From Octopus vulgaris (lineage: Eukaryota): a DNA stretch of 64,000 nt. Positions 24,569-36,905 of the stretch are shown one piece after another; the first letter of the stretch is position 1; every line of letters begins with the position of its first letter. The stretch is taken from positions 46,066,001-46,130,000 of the forward strand of contig OX597826.1 in assembly GCA_951406725.2 (NCBI GenBank), given 5' to 3'. Position numbers and translations under genes: made by a program. Under the pieces are notes generated by a model. It was not told the DNA's origin. It saw only the letters and a list, made by a program, of their open reading frames with translations, and searched no databases.

Positions 24569-25410
24569 TCCTTTCTACTATAGGCACAATGCCTGGAATT
24601 TGAGGGGATGGGGGATGGTCAATAACATTGATTCCAATACTTAACTGCTACTTAATTTATCAACCCCAAAAGGGTGAAAAGCAAAGTTGACCTCAGTGGA
24701 ATTTGAACTCAGAAAATAAAGACGGACAAGATGCTATGAAGCATTTCTGCCCAGCATGCTAACGATTCTACCAGCTTGCCACCCTAATAGTAGTAATAAT
24801 GATAAAAATAAAGCAAAAGTACAAAAAACAATTGTATCTTAAAAAAAGGAAAAAAAAAAAAAATTCCCTTGAAAAAATGGAATGATAAAGTTTAACTTAA
24901 AAATGAAACTAAACGGAAATGACAAAAGACCAATTCCATTTTTGAATTCCAGTTGATGACAGGTGAAATGTTTTGAAGTAAAAGACCCTTATCAATTGAT
25001 AACAGATTATGGAAATAAATGATTCCATAATCGTGAATGACAGAGTAATACCATTTCCATTTTGCCCTAACCCTTAAGTCTGGATCCATTCCAAAGAATG
25101 GAGCTCTGTTTATGGCTTTAGCGCAGCTTTAAGGGGGAACAGTTATTTATATTTTCTTGTTAATAATCAAAATTAAAGCAATGTTTTCAAGTTTGCATCA
25201 AGGCTTTCTGCTTTTAGTTTTTTTATTTCTTTTTTTTTTTTTATCTCTGAAGAAAATCTTCCTTTCTACTACAACTGACTCACAGTTTCTCTACTACACC
25301 CAACCATACTAGTATGGCTAGGGTGTAAGTAGAGAAACCAAATATTCTGGATCACTGTTAATGTATGCTAATATTCTGCAGTTACAGACAACTAATTCTT
25401 CACAAACAAA

Positions 25411-25470
25411 GCTTACCTGTCAAAAAGAAGGAAATGATTATATAAAATTTGGAAACAAAAAGAAAATTAG
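25411..25470 (-). promoter_or_regulatory. Candidate recursive splice site (3'ss directly abutting 5'ss), junction 25417|25416
   Basis: Minus strand CTAATTTTCTTTTTGTTTCCAAATTTTATATAATCATTTCCTTCTTTTTGACAG|GTAAGC: branch-like CTAAT, long AG-free pyrimidine tract, CAG, then a consensus donor. Same strand as BCAT. Confidence 0.5.
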
Positions 25471-26061
25471 CAAATAGATTTTTTTTAAAAAAATGGTAAA
25501 TGAATCAAAATCAAGTAAACAGAAAACATAATAATTCTGGAAAACAAAAAAAAAATTGAAAAGTGAAAGTTGAGCCAGGCTGAGAGTAATCATAGTAGTA
25601 GTAGTAGTAGTAGTAGTAGAAGCAGCAGCAGCAAGTCTTTCAGCAGAAGAAATATCTCTGGAAAGCATCATAATGGCCTGCCAGAACTGTTGAGAGCAGA
25701 AGTGGGAAAAAAATCAGACAAAGAAGCAACTGGAATATTTCAAGGAATCTGATAACATCATCAGCCATGCTCCCCCGCCCCACCCAACCAAATAAATAAA
25801 TGATGATGATGATGATTATTATTATGGTGTTGCTGAATGAGAATTCTGATGACAATGATGACGATGATGACGATGATGATGATGTCTGCTATTCTTTTTT
25901 AGATTAAGCATCAGTAATGATATGATTTCATCAGTTATTTTCTTGGTGAAGATCTTTAAATTAGTTAAGCAAAAACAAAAAAAAAAAAAACCTCTTCTGC
26001 TTCGTTTGGCTTGACAAGCAAGCAATGAGATAACTTTTCTCTTTCTCTCTCTCAATATAAG

Positions 26062-26117
<56 letters not shown>

Positions 26118-26814
26118 TATATATATATGTATGTATAATATAGTCTTTTAAGGATATTCTTTCGTGATGTAAGCGAGATAACTTGCAGTTAATTTTGATC
26201 AAACTGATAGGACAATGTCAACATGCTCGAAAGCTTTTAGCATTTAATAAAAGTCACAAACAGTAGTAGTAATAGTAGCAGCAGCATTACTACTACTACT
26301 ACTACTACTACTACTTACTACTGGTAGTAGTAGCAGTAGTGAAATTGGTAGCATATTACATCAGCCATAATATTCAAATGACTATTTTCAAATTATTTTT
26401 CAAGCAAATTTTTTTTTATATTTCTTCCTATTTCTCATTCTCCATCCTTCACGTATTAAATTTACCATTATGATAACCAAATAAAAAAAAAGAAAAATTT
26501 TAAATGTATATTTTTATTATAATTTTTTTTTCAATATTTTTTTTTCTCAAAACTGTGCTTGCCCATATAGTTATTGATTCAAATAAATATTACCCCACCC
26601 CACCCCACCAGCTATTTCTTAATTCTGAGTCCCATCGCACAAAAGCCTCCCTATGACATTAAAACTCCTCTCCATATTTCAGTCAGTACAATTTAAAAAA
26701 ACGAAATAAAAATAAAAAATATACGTAAATAAAGAATAAACAGATAAATAAATATAACCCCAAAAGACTTCACTTGCTGTTGTTAATGCTCATACCTTAT
26801 CCAAGCAGCTATCT

Positions 26815-26855
<41 letters not shown>

Positions 26856-26960
26856 TAATATATAGATATAATGAAATATAAATTAAATACAATAAACTAA
26901 AATTAAATAAAATAAAATTCAAAAATAAATTTCAAACAAATAAATTTATAATAAATATGA

Positions 26961-27017
<57 letters not shown>

Positions 27018-27228
27018 CACACACACACATGCACACACATACATCACACATAAATATAATTCCTGTTTCAAAAAAAGAGAAAAAAAACTCTTCTCCACCT
27101 ACCAAAAAGTAAAATTGAAACATCACTTAATGGAAGCATTCTTCTGGGGACAATAAATTGTATGACTGCTTTAGACCCCCATGTCATTGTGATTATTTTT
27201 ATTATCCTCATTATTACTATGATTATTA

Positions 27229-27281
<53 letters not shown>

Positions 27282-27563
27282 GTTGTTCTTCATCTTGTTG
27301 TTGTGGTTATTTGGTTTTTTTTTTTTGTTTTTAACAATTTTTTTTTCTTTTCCCCACTGTACCATGTGTGGGATGGATTTTGCAAATTCTGGCATTTGCA
27401 TAATACCAAAGCAAGTTTTTTTTTTCTTTTTTACAGTTGAATGCCTTGCCAACAGCCAGCAACTCAACTGTGAAGTGGGAGTGATACAGTTTTTGAGAGA
27501 GAGAGAGAGAGAAAGAGCTGGAGAGATAGCAAGAGAAAGAAAATGTAACAGAGGATTAATATG

Positions 27564-27600
27564 CCTTACCTAGGGAGTAAAACAACAAAAGGTTTGCTTC
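27564..27600 (-). promoter_or_regulatory. Second candidate recursive splice site, junction 27570|27569
   Basis: Minus strand CCTTTTGTTGTTTTACTCCCTAG|GTAAGG. Confidence 0.35.
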
Positions 27601-27937
27601 AGAGAATAATAAAACTTCTAGTATCAAAACTGATTAGCCAATGGAATTGGCACCTAAGCTCAATTCTATGGCAAGAAGTCAGCAGCAGAAAAAGGAGAAA
27701 AAAGGCCTTTAATTTGATGTGGTCAACTATTTAGTAATTGCTAATTTAGGAGAGGAGGGCTGAAAACAATCCTTATGAACTGAAAATTAACTCCAAAACA
27801 CATTTGATGAAGTCAGCTGAATAATGGTTTGCGATAATAATAGACGAAGGCTTTTGATTTTCATTATTTAATGATGCCATATGGCACAAGCCTCAACATA
27901 CATTTATGTTCCCGAAGCATACAAGATGTGTGTGTGG

Positions 27938-28600
27938 GTATGGTTCATATGCCACAGACATGGCTGTGTGATACGACGTGTGCTTCTGAACCATAAGGTT
28001 CTAAGTTCAGTTCCACAGTGTGGCAGCACCTTGGGCTAGAATCTTCTACTATAACGCTGGGCTGACCAAAGCCTTCTAAGTGGATTTGTGTGCATGTGTG
28101 TGGGGGTGGGGGTGGTATGGTTCATATGCCACAGACATGGCTGTGTGGTATGATGTTCGCTTCTCAACCATAAGGTTCTAGGTTCAGTTCCACAGTGTGG
28201 CAGCACCTTGGGCTAGAATCTTCTGCTATAACCCTGGGCTGACCAAAGCCTTCTGAGTAGATTTGTGTGTGTGGGGGGAAGTATGGTTCATATGCCACAG
28301 ACATGGCTGTGTGGTATGATGTTCGCTTCTCAACCATAAGGTTCTAAGTTCAGTTCCACAGTGTGGCAGCACCTTGGGCTAGAATCTTCTGGTATAACCC
28401 TGGGCTGACCAAAGCCTTCTGAGTGGATTTGAGTGTGTGGGGAGGTATGGTTCATATGCCACAGACATGGCTGTGTGGTATGATATTCGCTTCTCAACCA
28501 AAAGTTTCTAAGTTCAGTTCCACTGTGTGGTAGCACCTTGGGCTAGAATCTTCTACTATAGCCCTGGGTTGACCAAAGCCTTCTCAGTGGATTTGGATTT
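27938..28600 (+). repeat. Four tandem ~165-175 bp copies of a family A SINE head plus its 5' flank
   Basis: GGTATGGTTCATATGCCACAGACATGGCTGTGTG at about 27938, 28114, 28281 and 28445; the last copy continues into the SINE 3' half. Confidence 0.9.
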
Positions 28601-29269
28601 GGTAAATGGAAAAAGACTGTCGTATTTCTTTTTTCATTTCTATCTATCTATCAATCTGTCTGTCTATGAATATATATATATCTATGTATGTGTCTTTGTG
28701 TTTGCTTTTGGCCCCTACCAGCACTTGAGAACTGGTGTTGGTTTATTTACATACCCATAATTTGGTTTGGCAAAAGAGACTGAATAAATACTACCATGAT
28801 GATGATGATCATCATCGTTTAAAGTCTAATTTCCATGCTGGCATGGGTTGGATGATTTGACAAGAGGCTGGCTAGCAAGAAGCTGTCCAGACTCCAAGTG
28901 TGTGTTGACTGTGGCAGGGTTTCTACAGCTGGATGCCCTTCCTAATGCCAACCACTTAACAGAGTATGCTGGGTGTTTATTACATGCCACCAGCATGGGG
29001 GCCTTTTAAGTGGCACTGGCACCTGAAAGGACAAGCTTGTATGTGTGGAAGGCAGACGCTTAAAGAATAAGTACTTGAGTTTATTTGAGAGTCTAAAAGT
29101 GGTAAACACTTGGAAATGGTAACCTGGCACGTAGGTAGACAACAGACATAATATATATGCATACATACATACATAGATGCATGGCTTAAAAATAGAATGA
29201 GAAATAACTCAGAGTAACCAGTGGCATGTATTTGAGAGGTAGTGTGTGAGTGTGTGTATACATAGATAA

Positions 29270-29603
29270 TAGGGTGATCCCCTTCAGTCATGAATGACCA
29301 TGGGGTTGCACTTAGAAAGTTACCCTCCGAGGCACAAGTTTGGGCAAGGTTGTGTATGGAAGACCAGCAGTCGCCCATGCATACCAGCCTCCCTTCTCCA
29401 TGCGAACAATGTTATCCAAGGGAAAGGCAAAGGCCGATACAGCTTGGTACCAGTGGCAACGCAACACATCTCTACAGCTCAGTGAACTAGAGCAACGTGA
29501 AAGTGTCTTGCTCAAGAACACAACATGCAGCCCGGTCCAGGAATCGAACTCACAGCCTTATGATTGTAAGCTTGATGCTCTAACCACTGAGCCATGTGCC
29601 TTC
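29270..29603 (-). mobile_element. tRNA-derived SINE family D, alternative tail
   Basis: Minus strand GAAGGCACATGGCTCAGTGGTTAGAGC...GAGTTCGATTCC (A and B boxes). A second copy is at 59280-59603. Confidence 0.8.
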
Positions 29604-29677
29604 ACACACACACATTATATAGTGTGGCCACAGCCTTTAGGCTGAAAAGAATATAAGAATATATATGCATATATATA

Positions 29678-30080
29678 TTCTCTTTTACTTGTTTCAGTCA
29701 TTTGACATGCTGGAGTGCCACCTTTAGTCGAGCAAATCGACCCCAGGACTTATTCTTTGTAAGACTAGTACTTATTCGATTGGTCTCTTTTGTCGAACTG
29801 CTAAGTTATGTGGACATAAACACACCAGCATCAGTTGTCAAGCAATGCTAGGGGGACAAACAGACACACAAACACACACACACACATATATATGTGTATA
29901 TATACATACATATATATGTACGACAGGCTTCTTTCAGTTTCTGCCTACCAAATCCACTCACAAGGCTTTGGTCGGACCAAGGCTATCATAGAAGAAACTT
30001 GCCCAAGATGCCAAGCAGTGGGATTGAATCTGGAACCGTGTGGTTGGTAAGCAAGCTACTTACCACACAGCCACTCCTGC
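29678..30080 (-). mobile_element. SINE family A
   Basis: Reverse-complement full-length copy. Confidence 0.88.
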
Positions 30081-30100
30081 ATCTCTCTCTCTCTCTCTCG

Positions 30101-30156
<56 letters not shown>

Positions 30157-30785
30157 ATATGAATCTTTACTCTTGAGAGAATTTGTGTGTGTGTGCATTT
30201 GAAAGTGTGAGTGTGCATGTATGTATATTTGTATGAACATATATGTGTACCTTTGATGCTATCATTTTGTTAAAGCAGACAGAGTGAGGTAGAGAGCAAG
30301 ATAAAGAGAAAGAGAGAGACAGAAAGGACAAGGGAAAGAGAAAGAGGGATGGTGAGAGAGAGAGAAAGAGGGATGGAGAGAGAGAGCAAGAAAGAGACAG
30401 AGACAATAAAGATTAGTGTGTGTGCATAGATTTTTTTTTAAGAAATAAAGGGTTTTTCAAGTGAAAACTGAAATTCCTTAGCCACAGTAAATCTATACGG
30501 TTCCATAGTTGTTGTTGTTGTTGGTGGTGCCATTTATGTGCAGCAGCATGAAGAAGAAGAAGAAGAAAAAATAAGAAACTGTATGAACATAGCTGGAAGA
30601 GCTCCTTAATGAGCGAGAGATCTGTTACAGACAAAAATGATAATTGGTGGATGTATTCAAAGCATAAGAATAGGATTATTTTGTTATCTACCAAATAACT
30701 TACTTATATACATGTAGATGGGGGTGTGCGTGTGTATGTAAGAATATACACACACACACACACACATATAAACATACATGCGCAA

Positions 30786-30833
<48 letters not shown>

Positions 30834-31887
30834 GCACATCTGTATATATGTGTATGAATACGTTTGCAGATATATATGTATATAATGTATATATAGGTGT
30901 GTGTGTGTGTGTCCACATACACATACTCTGAATCATTTGCATTCATACATACATACATACATACATAACTATTAATTCATAGCTGTTGAAAGTTTTAGTA
31001 AGAATATACCTACATAGATACATATATATACCAAAATACATATGTACATCTTATATCTGTATCACACACATTTGTACAAACACTCACTCACACACATATA
31101 TGTACATATGTATGTATACATAAGTAACTTTTCCTTCAAACACCTTACACAAAACACCACACACACGTACATATATATATATATATATATACATACACTC
31201 TCAGAAAAGACTATTATAGAGCACATTAAGGTTTTACTAATTGTTCTGTCGTAATTTACTTAAGAATTATTGAGTAGTTTTTATCAGGATTTCTTTCACA
31301 ATGCCACCCTCACCACTGCCCTACCCGCCCCGTACCGTGCTCCTTTCTCCTTCTCTCGATCACTGAAACAACAATCTTGATTTCTTGCAAGTCTTTTTGC
31401 AGTCTATTCAAGCTTCTTTCGTAATCCTTTTGAACAAATTAAATGTTGAAATTTCTTCAACAAGAATGACAACAATAACAGCAACAACGACAAAACAACA
31501 AAAAAAAAAGAAAGAAAAAATAAATAAAGAGGAAGTAAAGATAGAAAGAATAGTTATCAGTGTGATTAAACATAAGTATAAGCATTACAATAAATATTGT
31601 ATTGAAGAACTGGGCAAGAAGATATTTCTACTTTGCTTAATCTTCAAAATACCTACCTACCACCACCCAACAAAAAAAACCCCCCAAAAAAAAAACACGT
31701 AAGAAAAGAGAAAGACACCCCTCTCTTCTCCCACTACCTCCCCCTACACCTATCCTTAACATACCACCACCGTCAATCACTACGCCAGGTGGTGGTTGAC
31801 TGCTCAGAAATGCTGGAAAGAATTGACAAAATCTTGTTTAAATCACAATATTCATCTGTGTTTTTTTTTTTAATTTTTTTTATTATA

Positions 31888-32810
31888 GGTGCAGGCACAG
31901 CTGTGTGTTAAGAAGCTTGCTTCCCAATCACATGGTTCCAGGTTCAGTACACCTGCATGGCACCTTGGCCAAGTGTCTTTTACTATAGCCGTGGGCCAAC
32001 CAAAGCCTTGTGAGTGGATTTGGTAGATGGGAATTGAAAGAAGCTTGTCATATATATATATATATATGTAAAAAGTAAAAAATATAAACTGGGACAAGAA
32101 CGTGAAACACCTAGAAGACGACACAAGAACCACGGGATGGGACATTCGAAGCCCTCAGTCATCAGTCAAGAACCGGATCATGAGATTGCTCCAACCTGGG
32201 CAGCCACCAAGGGAAATCTAAGCCAAGCGCATTAGATCCCTTGGAAGAAGGCCTCAAATGTATACAACACAAGGACGGAAAACGGACGATGTACACGAAT
32301 AAAAATACAAAAATACGTGAAAACAATAAGGAAAGCACGAATAATATATATACATATGTATGTATAGCTGAAATTTATAGAAAAACAAAAGATGAAGACA
32401 TGTGTAGTAACAACAAGCAAATGTGTTAGTTTGACACTTAGGAAAAATGGAAAAGCCTTTTACATTTCAAGGCTATGCTCTTCAACAGTAAGGAATAAGA
32501 GGAAATAAATAGAGAGAATAAAAAAAACATGTTGAGTTCAGTGGTCCAACATGGCAAATGTGTGTGTGTGTATATATATATATAAATATGTGTGTGTGTG
32601 TGTGTGTGTGTTTATGTCTATGTTTGTCCCTCCATCACCATTTGACAACTGGCGTTGGTATGTTTGCATCCATGTAACTTTGCAGTTCAGCAAAAGAGAC
32701 CGATAGAATAAGAACTAGGCTTTAAAAAACTAAGTCCTGGGGTCAATTTGTTCGACTAAAAACCAAGACTGGCCACAGCAAAATGCCTGAAACAAGTAAA
32801 CGATAAAAAA
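31888..32810 (+). mobile_element. SINE family A split at its internal microsatellite by two Penelope-like fragments (~32070-32345 and ~32360-32555)
   Basis: SINE 5' half ends GAAGCTTGTC(AT)n at about 32050 and the 3' half resumes TGTTTGTCCC at about 32620. The inserts match 48840-49160 and 43190-43365 in the opposite orientation. Confidence 0.75.
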
Positions 32811-34393
32811 TAAAATAAATAAATTAGAATATGAAAAAAAGATGCTCTTAGCTATAATATCTTTGATGAGAGGTCTCCTGGATCAACGCTAGCCTAGAGC
32901 AAAAGAACCTTGATGTCTCATTTAAAAAAAATTTTTTTATATATAATCCTAAATAGACTATGTCTGAAAAAATAATCAAAATAAATGACAGAATGGTTAT
33001 GGCTGTAACATCTTCAATAATAAGCCTCATGGATCACAGCTGACTTGGGGCTAAAAAGCAAAGAAGAACTCACTGATTCACTCTTTTGTTATTATATTTC
33101 TGTTGAACTACAGTGGCTTTGTTTCGATTAATTTTGATTTGAAAATATTAAAGAATTTTGTAAAATAACTTAGTCAATATTGAGATATTGTTAGGATCAT
33201 ATTTTAACATGAAATATTCACGGGCAGTTTTTATTTAAATTAATTTAACTTTTTTGCTACTATATTTCAATTAAAATTTACTGCCTTTGTTTCAATTAAT
33301 TATGAAAATATTGAAGATTTTAATAAAATAATTTATTATTTAAGTGTTTAGAATATAAATTACCATAAAATTTTGATTACACTGAATATAATGCATATCT
33401 AATCACTCACCTAATGATGAGAGGCAAAGTCAATTTGGATGAGATTTGAACTCTGAACATAAAAAGGTTGTAGCTATGTATTTTATCTATTCTACCAAAT
33501 TCTTAGCCAAGTCTTTGTCAAGAAGCAGCAGAACTAGTACAGTCTTTGTCAAGAACCAAAAATAACCAGTGTGGGCTTTGTCAAGAACCAGCAGTATTCA
33601 TACAGTTGGAACTAGTTGAAGACTGGACTACCGCAAAGATGAAACCAAAAAGCAAACTAACCTAAAAGACAGACCAAAATGTTTTTGCATGTTCTGAATA
33701 AGGAGTGTTAACAACAAAAAAATATGCAAAGAGTCTGATTTCGGACCGGCTGTATTTTATGAATTAATGTTCTTTAATTCTTTTCAGAAATTTCTTTACA
33801 GCAGACAATAATGGCAAATATTCTTTGTGGGTACCCTACTTTTTATTTATTATTTATTTTTTTTTCATAAACATCATAAACTGAACACAATGCTTCCCGT
33901 GAATCAAAGCAAAAATTACAATATAAGATTTGTGTATGATAACAGAAGACTTGTTTATACTTCATAGCTACTGCTAAGGGAATGGCACAAACAAAGAGAG
34001 AGAGAGAGAGAGAGAGAGGTGGCAAAAAAAGAAATAATAATAAATAGCCAATGGAATAATAAATCTAATAGCAATACAACCATTAAATTATTGTTCATAT
34101 ACGACATAAAAAAAAATGCCAAATAAACTAACGAGTGACTTTAAAAAATGCTATTGTTGTTATAGGAGACTAAATCTACATACAGACGTTATTTTACCCT
34201 CCTGCACCAAAATACTTTCACACACTTTTACATGTATGTCTACTGTGAAATAAGCAAATAGATAATGAGTACATGCATGTGTGCGTTTATATATACATAT
34301 ATATACATACATATACATATATACACAAAAATAGACATATATATATATACATATATATGTATATATGTATATATATATATATATTTATTTGTG

Positions 34394-34447
<54 letters not shown>

Positions 34448-34861
34448 CAAAAATAGACATATATCTACACACACATATATATATGCAGACACACAAATGT
34501 ATGTAGATTAATGTACATATAGGTTTGTAAGTCCAAATGTCTGTATGTATTAGTGTACAAATGCCTGCTTTATTTTTTTTTATTAGAATGTGAAGTCACT
34601 ATTTAAATAAAAAGCTAGATACCGAATTGTAACAAAGAAGAATATGATATACTAATTATGACTAACTAAATTTGAGTACTACCTCAATTTCTTCATGCAT
34701 GTCCAGATGCACATATTTGTATATGTACATGCATATATGTGTGCTTATGTGTGTATGTGCCTAAGTATACATGTACATGTGTGTGTGTGTGTGTGTGTGT
34801 ATATGTATACATATGTACATATTTGTGTGTGTGTTTATATATATATATATATATATATATG

Positions 34862-35252
34862 ACAGAGCAGCTGTCTGGCTTCCGTGCTGGCGGCACATAA
34901 AAAGCACCATTCGAGCGAGATTGTTACCAGCATTGCCTTACTGGCACAGGAAAAAATATTCGAGCGAGGTTGTTGCCTGTGCTGCTGGACTGCCTCCTAT
35001 GCAAGTGGCACATAAAAAACACCATTTGAGTGTGGCTGTTGCCAAGTACCACTTGACAAGCCCTTGTGCCGGTGGCACGTAAAATCACCCACTACACTCT
35101 CGGAGTGATTGGCGTTAGGAAGGGCATCCAGCTGTAGAAACTCTGCCAGATCAGATTGAAGCCTGGTGCAGTGATCTGGTTCGTCAGTCCTCAGTCAAAT
35201 TGTCCAACCCATGCCAGCATGGAAAGCAGACATTAACCGATGATGATGATGA
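34862..35252 (+). mobile_element. SINE-like family C
   Basis: Subrepeats, GGCGTTAGGAAGGGCATCCAGCTGTAG, (GAT)n tail. Confidence 0.82.
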
Positions 35253-35264
35253 TATGTATATATT

Positions 35265-35320
<56 letters not shown>

Positions 35321-35334
35321 GAAATATATGTGTG

Positions 35335-35377
<43 letters not shown>

Positions 35378-35446
35378 TCACATGTACATACACATTATAC
35401 ATTTCTTAATTTTATGTCCATATCATCATACTAGCATGGGTTAGAT

Positions 35447-35753
35447 TAGAGATTCTCAAACTTTTTGGGCCACCACCCACCTTATGGCTACACAATATCC
35501 TCAGCATACCCACCCCTATTTTTATGTATAAATAAAAATTTTATATTTTACTAATTTATATATACTATGAATCATTTGATATTTAATATAATATTAAATA
35601 ATTTGTATACAATACTATAATAATATTATATATTCATAAGTGTCCCCCTATCCATTGCCATCTTTTTCTGTACCGCCCCCTTAGACACCAGCACTCACCT
35701 GGACCCTCTCAACGCCCACCAGAGGGCGGTAGCACCCACTTTGAGAACCTATG
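35447..35753. mobile_element. hAT-like MITE with 8-bp TSD
   Basis: Termini TAGAGATTCTCAAA / TTTGAGAACCTATG; GGTTAGAT duplicated at 35439-35446 and 35754-35761. Confidence 0.8.
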
Positions 35754-36619
35754 GGTTAGATGAATAGACATTACCGAGGCATTATTGTACAACTAGCTTC
35801 TCTTCCTGTTGAGCTAAACCTTAAACAGATTTTCATCTAAGGGATGTTATTTGCTTTTTGTTACACTTGTATTGAAAAATATTTGGCAAAATCGAATGTC
35901 AATGAAATATTACCATTTTGCTCAAATGGTTTCATGCAGATACAGAATGTAAAAGATTCACATGAAAACACCCACCCATTTGAACTCAGAAAGCAAAGGA
36001 CTGGAACAATAGGGCAAGGCTTCATATCCAACCTTCGAATAATTTCATTCTAGGCTTGTTGATTTATTTTATTATCAGTTTGTCAATCCCGCCACCCCAA
36101 ATAAAGAAGATGAAAGGCAAAGTTCATCTCCTCAGGATTTGAAACCAAAACACAAAGAGCCAGAGAAATACACCTTAAGGCATTTCATCTGCCACTCTAC
36201 CAATTCAGCCAGCTTGCCAATATGCATGTGTGCATGAGTGCGTGTGCATACAAACATATATGGGAGCACTCTGTTGGTCACGATGACGAGGGTCTTATCA
36301 TATATGATCAACGGAACAGCTTGTTTGTGAAATTAACGTGCAAATGGCTGAGCACTCCACAAAGTTGTTAGGGAGATTCAGCATGACACAAAGTGTGACA
36401 AGGCTGGCCCTTTGAAATACAGGTACTACACATTTTTGACCAGCTGAGTGGACTGGAGCAACATGAAATAAAGTGTCTTGCTCAAGGACACGACGCATTG
36501 CCAGGAATTAAACTCACGGCCTTATGATCATGAGCTGAATGCCCTAACCACAAAGCCACGCACCTCCACAATATATGATATATATATATATATATATATA
36601 TAAATATATATCATATATA

Positions 36620-36905
36620 TGCGAGGCAGGCGGTACAAGATATGGAGAACATCTGGAAGAGTTGTGGCGTGTCAATGCTGCTGAAGATAAGGCTACTTCA
36701 GGCTGCCGCTTTCTCTATTGCGACGCACAGCTGCGAGCCATGGACAATGTTGAAGGCAGACAAGAAAAGAGTGAGCGCTTTTGAAGTGTGGTGTTACCGC
36801 AGAATCCTTAGAGTGTCGTGGACGGAGAGAAGGATGAAAAAGTGGGTACTAGAAAAGCTTGGTTGCGAGATGACGCTTTGGCGAAACATCACGAAGCGGA
36901 AGCTA
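36620..36905 (+). mobile_element. RTE-clade LINE fragment (region C-terminal to RT)
   Basis: IWKSCGVSMLLKIRLL...HSCEPWTMLKADKKRVSAFEVWCYRRILRVSWTER, matching the RTE/BovB YGCESW...AFELWCWRRLLRVPWT motif. Confidence 0.88.

Noticed and set aside
29530-29603. tRNA genes at SINE heads (also 44915-44988 and family A heads)
   Set aside because: A and B boxes are present, but they run into SINE bodies and a full cloverleaf is not supported.
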